A stretch of DNA of 64,000 bases, taken from contig JAZDNM010000003.1 of assembly GCA_043799715.1 (NCBI GenBank), positions 220,986 through 284,985 of the forward strand. The letters are read 5' to 3'. Position numbers and translations under genes: made by a program. The notes below the pieces were generated by a model. It had not been told where the DNA came from. It saw only the letters and a list, made by a program, of their open reading frames with translations, and searched no databases. Origin of the DNA: an archaeon (GTDB taxonomy: Archaea > Nanobdellota > Nanobdellia > Pacearchaeales > DTIR01). Shown here piece after piece: positions 18,316 to 28,096 of the stretch (position 1 is the first letter of the stretch; every line of letters starts with the position of its first letter).

Positions 18316-18564
18316 ATGAGGATTGTCATGATTATTATGATTGTTCTTGTTCTTGGTGCGCTGGCAGTTGCGAATGTCCAGCAGACAAATTTCAAGAATC
18401 TTGGCAGCGGATTGGTTTTTGCGAAGATATACGGAAAGTGGGTATGGCAGGTTGCGGGAAATGTAAAGGACTTGGCTGTCATGGCATACAACATGAAATG
18501 GCTTCCTGAATCAGTGAATATTTCTGATTTTCAGAAGATAACAGCGCTTAATGTGAGCCTGTAA
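18316..18564 (+). CDS. Small membrane protein
   Basis: 82 aa, N-terminal TM, WLP motif; TATA upstream. Confidence 0.7.
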   Translation: MRIVMIIMIVLVLGALAVANVQQTNFKNLGSGLVFAKIYGKWVWQVAGNVKDLAVMAYNMKWLPESVNISDFQKITALNVSL

Positions 18565-18600
18565 ATAGGTTTTTAAATTTGGAATTTTTTCTCCAGTCAT

Positions 18601-18673
18601 GCCTCAGTAGCTCAGTTGGTAGAGCACGACATTGGTAATGTCGGGGTCGAGAGTTCAATCCTCTCCTGAGGCT
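18601..18673 (+). tRNA. tRNA-Thr(GGU), intronless
   Basis: GCCTCAG/CTGAGGC acceptor stem, GCTC/GAGC D-stem, CGACA-TTGGTAA-TGTCG anticodon arm, GAGAG-TTCAATC-CTCTC T arm. Confidence 0.95.
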
Positions 18674-18735
18674 TTTCAATTTAAAATGAGATTTAGCAAA
18701 TTTTTTAAATAGGGAGTTAATGATAATCAATCAAA

Positions 18736-19101
18736 ATGAAGCTCTATCATCTTATCTTGGGAAGCATTGACGGGAAGCCAGCCCATCACACAGTCGGAGA
18801 CAAAAGGGACTGGTTTTATGTTCCAGGCAGGGGAATAATAATCAGGAGATACAACGATATGCCTGATGGAAAGAATCCATGCTACTGGTTTTCCCAGGAC
18901 AGCGGGCAAATAATGCAGGTTGAAGATTACCTTAAAGATAAAAATAAACTTTCTTTTTTGAAGCTCGTAAAAGAGATAGAATTTGACAAGAATGAAGATT
19001 CTATTTTAGAGGAGATTATCAGCCATGCCCAGGTTTACAACAGCGAACAAAAGAAATTTGTTGATAAAGTCAGGATGTTTGACAAGTATTCTGGGAAATA
19101 A
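18736..19101 (+). CDS. Hypothetical protein
   Basis: 121-aa ORF with a TATA-like element upstream. Confidence 0.65.
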   Translation: MKLYHLILGSIDGKPAHHTVGDKRDWFYVPGRGIIIRRYNDMPDGKNPCYWFSQDSGQIMQVEDYLKDKNKLSFLKLVKEIEFDKNEDSILEEIISHAQVYNSEQKKFVDKVRMFDKYSGK

Positions 19102-19578
19102 TTATTTTTGGTATTTTTTTATATTTATCCCCAAGTCCACTGGTCCGAATGCCAATGGCAGAAGTTCCTCTATACTTGACATGATAATCTTGTCTTTCTT
19201 TGTTGTTGATATGATAACTTCTATATTTTTTCCTGAAATCTGCGATGACTCATAAATCATCTGCCTGCAGCTTCCGCACGGGGCTGTAACTTCCTTTGTG
19301 TCAAAGTTTGCCCCTCTCGCAATTATAGCGATGCTGTCATACATTCTCTTGTTCATGGAATTAGCTTTAAGCAGTGCGGCTCTTTCTGCGCAGATTGTTG
19401 AGCCGTATGCAGCATTCTCAACATTTGAGCCGGTGATAACCTCTCCATCTTGCGTGAGTATCGCAGCGCCAACATAGAACTTAGAATAGGGATTGTATGC
19501 TGTTTCCATTGCTGTTTCCGCTTTTTCAAGCAAAAGCTTCTGGATTATTGTCAATTCTTCGAGTTTAACCTGCTTCAT
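19102..19578 (-). CDS. cdd: Cytidine deaminase (homotetrameric type)
   Basis: AYNPYS.F.VGAA, NVENA, CAERAA, PCGSCRQ, LLPLAF. Confidence 0.95.
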   Translation of the reverse strand: MKQVKLEELTIIQKLLLEKAETAMETAYNPYSKFYVGAAILTQDGEVITGSNVENAAYGSTICAERAALLKANSMNKRMYDSIAIIARGANFDTKEVTAPCGSCRQMIYESSQISGKNIEVIISTTKKDKIIMSSIEELLPLAFGPVDLGINIKKYQK

Positions 19579-19580
19579 TT

Positions 19581-21260
19581 TTATTTCCTGCCTTTTCTTT
19601 CCGGCTTCAGTCTTCTTGGAGAATCATTGCCAAGTTTCCTGACTTCTACATTTGTCAGGAACCCATACGGCGAAATTTCCTGGGTGTGCACAAATCCTGA
19701 ATCAGAGCCGCAATACCCAAATCCCCTTGCATATTTCCCCCCAACCATCTCCAGCTGGTTCAGCATCACATAAGGGTTTCCCAAAAGATACGCGCTCGAA
19801 ACAGGAACTATCTTCCCATTGGTGTATATCCTGGATATAATATCAGGAGCCAGTTTAAATTCACCTGTGCCTGTTAAAACTTCTCCGCCGCCGCCTTCAA
19901 CAAGCAGCCCATAATCAAGCCCTTTCTGCCTGCATACTGAAATCATCCTGTTTACTAAATCCTCAAATTTATGGTTTACAGATGATTTTACTTCAAGAAT
20001 GCTGATTCTTGGTTCTGTAAAATAATTGTTTGTATCAATGTCATAATAATCAAGCCCTCTGCAGTCGTTGCTTGCCCTTGAACAGCCGTTTGATTTTATG
20101 CCTCTTCTTCCCGCGGTTGTCCTGTCATGAAGGTAATTTTTCAGGATTCCATTTTCTATTATAGGTATGCGCTGGCTTCTGACACCTTCTTCATCATAAT
20201 TGTATGAACCCCATTCTCCCTCTTTTGTAGGGTCATTATAAAGAGACAGGAAAGCAGGCATTATTTTCTCGCCTATCTTGCCTTCAAAAGTTGTTGCGTA
20301 ATCCTCATCAATGCATTTGGCTGACAGCAGATGCGCAACAGCACCTTCATGGAATAATACACCCAGGGCAGTGCCGTCCATTATAACAGGATAAACCCCT
20401 GAGGGCTGGACTTCACAATCAACTCTTTCTTTTATTTTGCGTTCGAGATTGCTCAAATCAGAGAAAATTTTATTCTTGTTGAGGATATTCTCTGGAATGA
20501 GTCCTGCCCTGTTTTGGGAGTATTCCACTTCCCTGCCCTCCTTGTCCTCTAATGTAACTGAAACCCTGAAATAAGCCCCTACATCAGATGTTGAAACAAT
20601 TCTCTTGTTTATGCCGTTCTCTGCTGTTCTCTCAAAACTGACAAGGTCTCTGTTTACTCTCTGCACTGACGCTTTTGCCCAGCAGTCCCTAATCCCTTTC
20701 ATATTGCATAATCTGCTTGTTATCCTCTCTAAAATTCCCCCAACTTCCTCTGCATTCACATTGATGTGCTTCTCCTTTTCACGATAATCCACTGATTCTT
20801 CTTTTGAAAGCTTCTTGAACTTGTCATTCCTGAATTCAGTGTATTCTGCGTGGTATTTCCAGTAATTTTGCAACGCGGTTTTGAGGGCATTCTCTGTTAT
20901 TTCGTCTATCTTCCTCTTCATGGCAGAGCTGCCCCTTATAGGCGCATCCTGATTATAGCAGGAATATCCTACTCCATTTCCCTGCTCATCTATCAAATCC
21001 CCCACTCTTGTTTCAACTCTCAGAATGTTATCTTTAATGAGGCATGCGTCAGGCGCTGTAGTCAGTCCGCCCTTGTCTGCGACAAGTTCTATCTCTTCCT
21101 CTTTTTTAAGGCAGAAAGCGATTTGCCGGGGATAAAAATCAATTTGGTGCACTGAATTTTTTCCTATTTTTGGAGTTCCTGTGACAGCCCTTGACTGGTT
21201 GACACTCATCCACTTCTCTGCACTGTTTTCCATTAGCTGAATTATGTCATCAAGCGCCAT
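19581..21260 (-). CDS. TldD/PmbA family metalloprotease
   Basis: GVYPVIM..G.LFHE..AH, YDEEGV, IIENGILKNYL, SNG, GYCG. Confidence 0.88.
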   Translation of the reverse strand: MALDDIIQLMENSAEKWMSVNQSRAVTGTPKIGKNSVHQIDFYPRQIAFCLKKEEEIELVADKGGLTTAPDACLIKDNILRVETRVGDLIDEQGNGVGYSCYNQDAPIRGSSAMKRKIDEITENALKTALQNYWKYHAEYTEFRNDKFKKLSKEESVDYREKEKHINVNAEEVGGILERITSRLCNMKGIRDCWAKASVQRVNRDLVSFERTAENGINKRIVSTSDVGAYFRVSVTLEDKEGREVEYSQNRAGLIPENILNKNKIFSDLSNLERKIKERVDCEVQPSGVYPVIMDGTALGVLFHEGAVAHLLSAKCIDEDYATTFEGKIGEKIMPAFLSLYNDPTKEGEWGSYNYDEEGVRSQRIPIIENGILKNYLHDRTTAGRRGIKSNGCSRASNDCRGLDYYDIDTNNYFTEPRISILEVKSSVNHKFEDLVNRMISVCRQKGLDYGLLVEGGGGEVLTGTGEFKLAPDIISRIYTNGKIVPVSSAYLLGNPYVMLNQLEMVGGKYARGFGYCGSDSGFVHTQEISPYGFLTNVEVRKLGNDSPRRLKPERKGRK

Positions 21261-21273
21261 TTTAACTCAAAAA

Positions 21274-23751
21274 TCACTCCTTGTGGGACTTTTCAAGAAC
21301 TGCAAGCCTCTTGGGCATCAGTTTCTCAAGAATTGGGTCCACAATAATCTCCCATTTATGGTATCCTTTCTCGAAATCAGGATAATAATTTATGACTCCT
21401 CTGAGCCCTGGAGTTTTTCCGCACCTATCAACATAATTGTTCCATGGCTGCATTCCAAAACCTTCAGTGTAGGAAGTACCGTCAGCAAAACCAATTCCCC
21501 CGTGATGCTTATGGAAATAGATTACTGCATCAGCTTTCTTGTTCATCCTGAGCACCTGTGTCATGGCTCTTTCCATCTCATCATGCCCTGCCCACATCTT
21601 ATGCGAAGTGTAAATAGTATGCCCATCAAGTTCAAATGCACCTGAGCCAAATTCGTCTCCAGGCGAGGAAACAATTTCCACTTGGTTGTCCCGATTGTAT
21701 TGTTCAGGTATCAGGCTGCCTAAAAGGATTGCTTCTTCCCTGCCATTCCGCTGATTGTTATAATGATTGCCGCTTACTATCACTGTTCTGCCCCCGTTAT
21801 CCAAGCACTCAAGCACATAAGGCAGCACTCTTAATTTCCATTCCCTGATAATTTTGTCAGTCGGCTGGATAGGCGAAGTATAAATGAATTTCTCCAGAAC
21901 CAATCTCTCAAGCAGATTTATCCTATTTTTAGGAGTCAAGCTTTTGTCATTTTTTATTTCTTCCATTTTTTCTTCAATTTCTTTTGGAACAAGAGCAAGA
22001 TTATGTTTTGCCATTATGTAATAAGAATCCATGTCGTCATGAAGATGCTCGCTCAGCAAAAGAACATCAGGCAGTCCTTTTTTTCTCTGGTATTTCTGGG
22101 CAGCATCAATGAATTCATAGTTGCTTGGTCTTCCTGGATGATTATCCACTCCCAGTTCAAAATCTCCTTCAATGCTCAATCTCTTGTCAGGGTTGATTTT
22201 CACAAGGCTCTCAAGATTTCTTATTTCCTCTTTTATATGCTCTCTCCTGTTTTCTTTTGCTTTTTTCAGCAATTTTCTTTTTTTGTCAATCTCCTTCTTT
22301 ATTTCCCCGAATCTTATCAAGTCAGGCATCTCCAGATATTCTATTATTGGAGCTTCAGTGTCTGAAAAAGTCTGTATCATTGCGCCAGAAGCATAATTCT
22401 TTTCGCTGAATCTCTTGGTGTGCCAGTTCTTGATGCCCTTGCTTTTGCATACCTGCAAAAGCTCAGTTGACTGGAAAGTTGGAAGCTTGAAAAGATAATT
22501 TGGCTCAGGCGTTAAGCGCTCGCCATTTGTTTTTTCGCTGTATTTTCCCTCGACAAAGCATCTTAAGCCCCCTGTGCCGTGGGCAGTGAGGATAACATCA
22601 GGCACAGGCATTTTGAGCTCATCCGAGAGCCTGTTCAGGAAATTTGATTCCAATCTTAATTTCTTGATTGAATCAGCAGAAACATTGTCAGACCTTATTG
22701 AGTTGGGATTGTGAACAAGGAGGAATGTCAAGTCAGTCGCCTTGATTTGCTCCTGCTCTTTTCCAAAAGAATAAATATCTTTTATTGTCCTGTCTTTTCC
22801 CCTGTAGGAAAAATTGACAAACTTTTCGCTTGTTGAATGAGTCTGGAACTTGTCAAAACTGCTGAATATGACATCAAGGGATGCTGACTGGTACTCTTTT
22901 TTCGAGAGATGAAATGCAATTTCCTCCTGCTCTGCAGTCATCTCCTTTCTTTTGGTTATGTTAAAGAACTGTGATGCCTCTTTTTCCCTTTGAATCGCGT
23001 TTATTTTTTGCTCTATGTCCCGTATTTTGCCAGTCATCCCTGCTATTTCTTTTTCAACCTGCTTTAATTTCTTGCTGCTTTCCTTTTTCCTTATTAATCT
23101 GTCCCGCTGTGTTTCAAGCACAGAAGAAGTTTCTTTGAATTTTTCAAGATATTCATTAAGCCTCTTTTCATTTTCTTCTGTCTGAACATACTCATTTATT
23201 TTTACTTCCTTCTGGTTCTCAATGTTCTTGTAATCCTCCTCGCCATACTGATAGTGAAGTGATGCATTTCCTGCGACTGTTGCAAGCTTGTCAATCTCGC
23301 GCTTTGCAAAATCAGTCGCCTCACTTGTAAGGTTTATTTTTTTGGATATGTAATCCTTGTAGAACTCCTGATTGTCCCCTGAAAGCTTTGTCTTGTCAAC
23401 AAGAAAACCCTTGTCGTCTTCCTTGTTCGGGTCCTTGCCCAAAAATCTCATGTCCTGTGCGTTTCCTCGGGAATAGAAAAAAGGTATATGTGGGACTAAT
23501 CCCCCCTGGATTATGACTGAATTGATTTTGTCTTTGTAGCCGTTCTTCTGCATCCAGAAAACCAAGCCGTCCATTGCCCTTGAATCATAAACTTTTGTTC
23601 CGAAACCCATCTCGGCAAGATAAAGAAATTTCAAATCCCTGCTCTTTTTCTTTGATGTCAGGATATCGTGGGGATGAACCTTCTTTTTTCCGTTTTTCCT
23701 GTGGTTATTATTGGAAGACTCCACCCTTTTTTCCAATGTCTCTGTTACCAT
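21274..23751 (-). CDS. 825-aa protein with two calcineurin-like metallophosphoesterase-type domains and coiled coils
   Basis: Domain 2: GDFELG, VSGNHYN, TSH, FHKHH. Domain 1, degenerate: YLAE.GFG, IIQGG, YGEED, LVHN, LTAHG. Coiled-coil inserts. Confidence 0.6.
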   Translation of the reverse strand: MVTETLEKRVESSNNNHRKNGKKKVHPHDILTSKKKSRDLKFLYLAEMGFGTKVYDSRAMDGLVFWMQKNGYKDKINSVIIQGGLVPHIPFFYSRGNAQDMRFLGKDPNKEDDKGFLVDKTKLSGDNQEFYKDYISKKINLTSEATDFAKREIDKLATVAGNASLHYQYGEEDYKNIENQKEVKINEYVQTEENEKRLNEYLEKFKETSSVLETQRDRLIRKKESSKKLKQVEKEIAGMTGKIRDIEQKINAIQREKEASQFFNITKRKEMTAEQEEIAFHLSKKEYQSASLDVIFSSFDKFQTHSTSEKFVNFSYRGKDRTIKDIYSFGKEQEQIKATDLTFLLVHNPNSIRSDNVSADSIKKLRLESNFLNRLSDELKMPVPDVILTAHGTGGLRCFVEGKYSEKTNGERLTPEPNYLFKLPTFQSTELLQVCKSKGIKNWHTKRFSEKNYASGAMIQTFSDTEAPIIEYLEMPDLIRFGEIKKEIDKKRKLLKKAKENRREHIKEEIRNLESLVKINPDKRLSIEGDFELGVDNHPGRPSNYEFIDAAQKYQRKKGLPDVLLLSEHLHDDMDSYYIMAKHNLALVPKEIEEKMEEIKNDKSLTPKNRINLLERLVLEKFIYTSPIQPTDKIIREWKLRVLPYVLECLDNGGRTVIVSGNHYNNQRNGREEAILLGSLIPEQYNRDNQVEIVSSPGDEFGSGAFELDGHTIYTSHKMWAGHDEMERAMTQVLRMNKKADAVIYFHKHHGGIGFADGTSYTEGFGMQPWNNYVDRCGKTPGLRGVINYYPDFEKGYHKWEIIVDPILEKLMPKRLAVLEKSHKE

Positions 23752-23873
23752 TTCGAAATTAAGAGTTACCCCTTTTAAATAGATTTATGAGATTTCAAAA
23801 TATCTTTTGCGAAATATAAATTAACAGAGATTGAATTGTAAAGGTTTAAAAATCTCTTGAGTATTAAGGAGAA

Positions 23874-24365
23874 ATGGCAAAGATATCTGATTCTCTTCTG
23901 GAAAAACTGAAGAATGACTATGAAAAATTCAGAAAGAAATACAATCTGCCTGGATTCCAGCAGCTTAATGAGGAATTTGAGATAGAGAGGATAGCAGAGC
24001 ATGAAACAGATTTATTGTTGAGGGAGATAAGAAAGGCGATAACTGAAAAAGCAGTTGCATTCCTAAGATTTCTTGAGCTGATGATAAATCCGAGTGCCGC
24101 GCCGTTCTTCCTGCTTTCAGTAATAAAGCATCTTAATGCGTCTGACAAAAAGGTTGTCAATGAAATCTACAGGAATGTTTGCGATTTCGAGATAAAGGCA
24201 ATTGCACTTGACATGAAATACAGCGAGAAAGCAGAGGTGGAGTTCATAAAATATGCCTCAGGCAAATGGCAGAAAATGCATCCTGATTTACAGGAGTTAA
24301 GCAGGGCAATAGACAAGGCATGGAATGCCTCATTTGAAAAGAAAGAAAGAAGCTATTTCGGGTGA
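23874..24365 (+). CDS. Helical hypothetical protein
   Basis: KYNLPGF..LNEEFEI, LLREIRK, SYFG C-terminus; BRE-TATA and AGGAG RBS. Confidence 0.8.
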   Translation: MAKISDSLLEKLKNDYEKFRKKYNLPGFQQLNEEFEIERIAEHETDLLLREIRKAITEKAVAFLRFLELMINPSAAPFFLLSVIKHLNASDKKVVNEIYRNVCDFEIKAIALDMKYSEKAEVEFIKYASGKWQKMHPDLQELSRAIDKAWNASFEKKERSYFG

Positions 24366-24599
24366 TTAAAGCTTCCCATAAATTACATGATAATAACCGC
24401 CGTCTTTTTTCTGGTGTAAGTATATTATGCATTCCCTTTTTTTATTATGAGCTCTGTTAATCTGCATATGAACATCGTTCAGGATGCCTTCAATATTCTT
24501 TACAGGACCCCCCACATTATCACTGATATTATTATCCAGAGCAAATTTGTTCAGTTTATGCAGGAGCAGTTTCTTATTATCGAAGATATCTTTTTTCAT
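24366..24599 (-). CDS. Hypothetical protein (start reassigned to ATG 24599)
   Basis: AT-rich ORF filling the gap between genes. Confidence 0.45.
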   Translation of the reverse strand: MKKDIFDNKKLLLHKLNKFALDNNISDNVGGPVKNIEGILNDVHMQINRAHNKKRECIIYLHQKKDGGYYHVIYGKL

Positions 24600-24649
24600 A
24601 ATTCTATAATTACAACAATCTTTAAAAGTATTTGGGTATTTTGATAGGT

Positions 24650-25138
24650 ATGAAAAGAAATGCAATAAAGCCAAAAACTAGGTTTTCTGATTTGGTTGAG
24701 TTCTACAAAGAGATAAAAGCCATGGAAAATCTGACTTTTGCAAGGCTTCTTTCAGGAGTTTTTGATGAGGATAAATCTCTTTTATTCATGAAAGAGCAAA
24801 GAAAGATAACAGAAGAGAGATACGAGAAACTGCTTAACCCGAATGACAGGTATTCTTTTGAATCATTGGGAAAATTGAAATATTTTCTCGAATCATGCGG
24901 CTTTGATAAGAAACAGGTTCAAACCAGTATTGAACATGAAAAAGAACATTACAGGGAAGCACTTATCTATGGATTTAACAATGGGGGATTTGCATGCTGG
25001 CTTGTTAAAAACAAGGGAAAACTCGATTATGTATGCAGCACGCAAATTGCCGCGAAGACAATTCCTGGAATAAATGTCTACAGAAAAATCTCACATGCTC
25101 CAAAAAAACCTTCGTTTATAGATGAAATGTGCTGTTAA
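24650..25138 (+). CDS. Hypothetical protein with an HExxH motif
   Basis: SIEHEKEHY; AGGT RBS. Confidence 0.6.
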   Translation: MKRNAIKPKTRFSDLVEFYKEIKAMENLTFARLLSGVFDEDKSLLFMKEQRKITEERYEKLLNPNDRYSFESLGKLKYFLESCGFDKKQVQTSIEHEKEHYREALIYGFNNGGFACWLVKNKGKLDYVCSTQIAAKTIPGINVYRKISHAPKKPSFIDEMCC

Positions 25139-25141
25139 AAA

Positions 25142-26086
25142 ATGAGAGTAATATACGCAACTGACTTGCACGGGCACAAAGGGCTCTTTGAAAAGCTGTT
25201 TGAGGAAAGGGCTGATGCTGTTATCATGGGGGGAGATGTCCTGCCGAATTGCGTAGTCGGGACAGAAGCTGCGCTGGATGCCCTTTCAACAAAAGAATAT
25301 TTTGAGATAATGGCAGCAAGCCAAAGGGATTTCCTGAAGAGATATCTTGTTCCTCGAATTGATGAGTTTAGGAAGAAAAATAAGCCAGATGTTTATATCA
25401 TGATGGGAAATGACGATTTTTCCTACAATCTTGATTTATTGGAGGATGCTGAGAAAAAAGGGATTTTGAAATTGCTGTATGACAAGAAAAATGAGAAACC
25501 AAAGGTGCATGAAATTTCAAAAGATGTATTCATTGCAGGCTATCCTTATGTGCCCCTGACACCTTTTGGGATAAAAGACTGGGAAAAATTTGACAGGGAT
25601 GAAAAGCCGCAGAGAGATTGCAATTTTTTGGGGTATAAAAGCTGCAAGAAGTCGAATGAATATTCTATAACTGAGGCAGATTTATTATTATCTCAAAAAG
25701 ATAATATTGCAAAAGATTTGGAGGATTTTGTTTCTGATGCTGGGAAAGAGAAAATAGGGCAGATGATAATGGTAATGCACTCTCCTCCCTCAAATACAGT
25801 GCATGACATAGCGGGATTTCATGAAGGCTGGATGCATGTTGGCTCAATTGCAATAAGGGAGTTTATTGAAAAATACCAGCCATTATTAACCTTGCATGGG
25901 CATATTCATGAGTCATATAAACGGACAGGAGAATACAGGCAGGATATCGGCAGAACAATATGCATTAATCCTGGAACAGATAAGTATAATTTGTATGCTG
26001 TAATATTTGATTCTGACAATCTTTCTGATATGGAGATTATAGTAAAAAAAGCAGAAGAGATAGAAGAAAAGCCAAGAGGGCCTTAA
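25142..26086 (+). CDS. Icc-like metallophosphoesterase
   Basis: TDLHG, GGD, MGNDD, MHSPP, HVGS, HGHIHE, INPG. Confidence 0.92.
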   Translation: MRVIYATDLHGHKGLFEKLFEERADAVIMGGDVLPNCVVGTEAALDALSTKEYFEIMAASQRDFLKRYLVPRIDEFRKKNKPDVYIMMGNDDFSYNLDLLEDAEKKGILKLLYDKKNEKPKVHEISKDVFIAGYPYVPLTPFGIKDWEKFDRDEKPQRDCNFLGYKSCKKSNEYSITEADLLLSQKDNIAKDLEDFVSDAGKEKIGQMIMVMHSPPSNTVHDIAGFHEGWMHVGSIAIREFIEKYQPLLTLHGHIHESYKRTGEYRQDIGRTICINPGTDKYNLYAVIFDSDNLSDMEIIVKKAEEIEEKPRGP

Positions 26087-27711
26087 TTGAAAACATCCAA
26101 ATCAATCTCAAGCAGTGCAACAGGCATTTCTATTCCAAATTCTGAAAGGACTTTTGGGCTGACTTCCCCGAGGATGCCGATAACATTCTTGCCTGCCCTG
26201 ATTATGCCTGTTCTGCCTTCGAGGAAGCTCGAGTTTGAAGCTTCATTAATGCTGCACTCTATATTCATTGTCTTGGCGATATAATCCAGAATTTGCTTGA
26301 TTTCAGTGAAATTCGCATCCTTATGTGTTATGGCAATGCACAGCTTGTTCATTGTCTTCTGCTCTGTTGCGCTGTAGCATTCGCCTATTTCAAATATTTT
26401 CTGGGGCATCTCCTTTTTTATGTTCTGGCTGAGAAAATCAAGAATGCCGGGCATAACTGAATTCCTCAGGCAGCTGTATGTCACAGACACAGGATTGCTT
26501 ACTTCAACAACCTCTGTTTCAGGAAGATTCATTTTCCTGAATAGAGTATCCTTGCTGCTAAGCGAAAATGTCGCGGCTTCCTGCATGTTCAAGCCGATAA
26601 GCATCTCTGTAATCCTGTTTTTTGCATAAGAAAGCCCCTGCGCCTTGCCTATTGTTGATATTTTTGCCTCATCCGGCTTCAGGTTCTGGTATCCATAAGC
26701 AATAGCAACATCCTCTATTAAATCGCGTTCATCCATTATATCCTGCCTGTAAGGAAGATAAAGAACTTCTATGAATTTTCCTGACTGTTTTGCGCTGAAC
26801 CTTGCTTTTTCAAGCAGTTTGCAGATTTCTTTTTCATTAAACGCAGTGCCAAGAATTCTGTTGCAGTACTGCACATCAAGCCTTGCCCTGACAGGCTCAA
26901 GATTAGGCGTTGTTATTGGATTCTTGCCTGTGACTTTAACTGAATAAATCTTCCCGCCGCGCTCTGCAAGTGCAGCAGCCATTATATTCAATATAGGCAG
27001 GATAAACCTGAAACTGTTTCCTGTAACCTCAATAAACACATTCTTTGTTTTCTCTGACACTTTTCCTGTGTAATCTGAATTTATTACAGGCGGCATGCTG
27101 AGGACTTGCTTCGCTGAATCAATTATTATAGGATACTTTCCTGATTCAAGCAAATGCCTGTATTGTATTCCTTTCTCATGCCTTTGAAGAATTTCTTTTG
27201 GGGACAATGCCTCATTCATTCCAAGAGGCACGAATTTTATCTCGTCATTTCCAAGCTCAGAATAGCTGATGGGCCATTTAATCCTGTCAAAATCATAAAC
27301 CCCCAAGGCAGCTTCTTTTCTTTTCAAGCCGAAATTCTCGCATAATTTTTCCTGAAGCTGCACAATCTGCTTTATTGCCTCGTCATTTAATTTTAAATTT
27401 TTTACAACAGCGCAGGCAATAACAGGCCTTGCCCTGACTCCATTATTTTTCAGGATAAATTCCGACTGCTCTGCCTTGTATCTAGGCATTCCTGTTTCAA
27501 TGCCAAGATGCCCTTTTATCTCCCTTGAAATTCCCTCTGCGCTCCACAAGTCAGGCCTGTTTGCGTCACCTGCCTCAATTTTCAGCACATCTCCCTGAAC
27601 AGACTCGACTGTCGCTTTTGCATACTGAAGCACTTCTTCAAGCTGGCTGCTGCTAAGATTTTTTCCTGTGATGCTGCACAAATCTTTTTTTGAAATTTCT
27701 ATTGTTGGCAT
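26083..27711 (-). CDS. pheT: Phenylalanyl-tRNA synthetase beta subunit
   Basis: MPTI, NRPDLWS.EG, SMPPVINS, R.DI..ERDLIEDVAIAYGY. Confidence 0.96.
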   Translation of the reverse strand: MPTIEISKKDLCSITGKNLSSSQLEEVLQYAKATVESVQGDVLKIEAGDANRPDLWSAEGISREIKGHLGIETGMPRYKAEQSEFILKNNGVRARPVIACAVVKNLKLNDEAIKQIVQLQEKLCENFGLKRKEAALGVYDFDRIKWPISYSELGNDEIKFVPLGMNEALSPKEILQRHEKGIQYRHLLESGKYPIIIDSAKQVLSMPPVINSDYTGKVSEKTKNVFIEVTGNSFRFILPILNIMAAALAERGGKIYSVKVTGKNPITTPNLEPVRARLDVQYCNRILGTAFNEKEICKLLEKARFSAKQSGKFIEVLYLPYRQDIMDERDLIEDVAIAYGYQNLKPDEAKISTIGKAQGLSYAKNRITEMLIGLNMQEAATFSLSSKDTLFRKMNLPETEVVEVSNPVSVTYSCLRNSVMPGILDFLSQNIKKEMPQKIFEIGECYSATEQKTMNKLCIAITHKDANFTEIKQILDYIAKTMNIECSINEASNSSFLEGRTGIIRAGKNVIGILGEVSPKVLSEFGIEMPVALLEIDLDVFN

Positions 27712-27712
27712 T

Positions 27713-28096
27713 TTATGCAAATGATGCTTGGGCTTGGCAACTCCTTTTTTCAGTTTGTTCCTCATATGCTGAACTCATCTGCAGAAGCCTCATTCCAAGA
27801 AAATTTTTTACTATAGTATCCATCTCTTCCATGCTATGCAGATTTTCTTTATAGTGGATTCTGGGGGGGATTAACTCACTGCTGAATAGGACTGCGTGCT
27901 TATCAGAGAATTCATTGTCATGCCCTTTGATAAGGTATCCTTTCTCAGTCACAACGAAGCTGCCTATGTATTTCCTAAGGGCTTGTATACTTCTCTTGTC
28001 TTTTGGCAGAGGTATATTCTGCATGCTTATCTCAAGATTATGGGTTCTTTTTCCATAGAATTTACTTTCAATTTTGTTTATTATTTCAGTTATCAT
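27713..28096 (-). CDS. Hypothetical protein inserted between pheS and pheT
   Basis: ATGA overlap with the pheS stop; its own stop lies 1 nt before the pheT ATG. Confidence 0.6.
   Translation of the reverse strand: MITEIINKIESKFYGKRTHNLEISMQNIPLPKDKRSIQALRKYIGSFVVTEKGYLIKGHDNEFSDKHAVLFSSELIPPRIHYKENLHSMEEMDTIVKNFLGMRLLQMSSAYEEQTEKRSCQAQASFA

Noticed and set aside
15580..23860. Integrated provirus or ICE at the tRNA cluster
   Set aside because: No integrase or viral hallmark genes, and I saw no duplicated tRNA 3' end (att site); kept only as accessory blocks.
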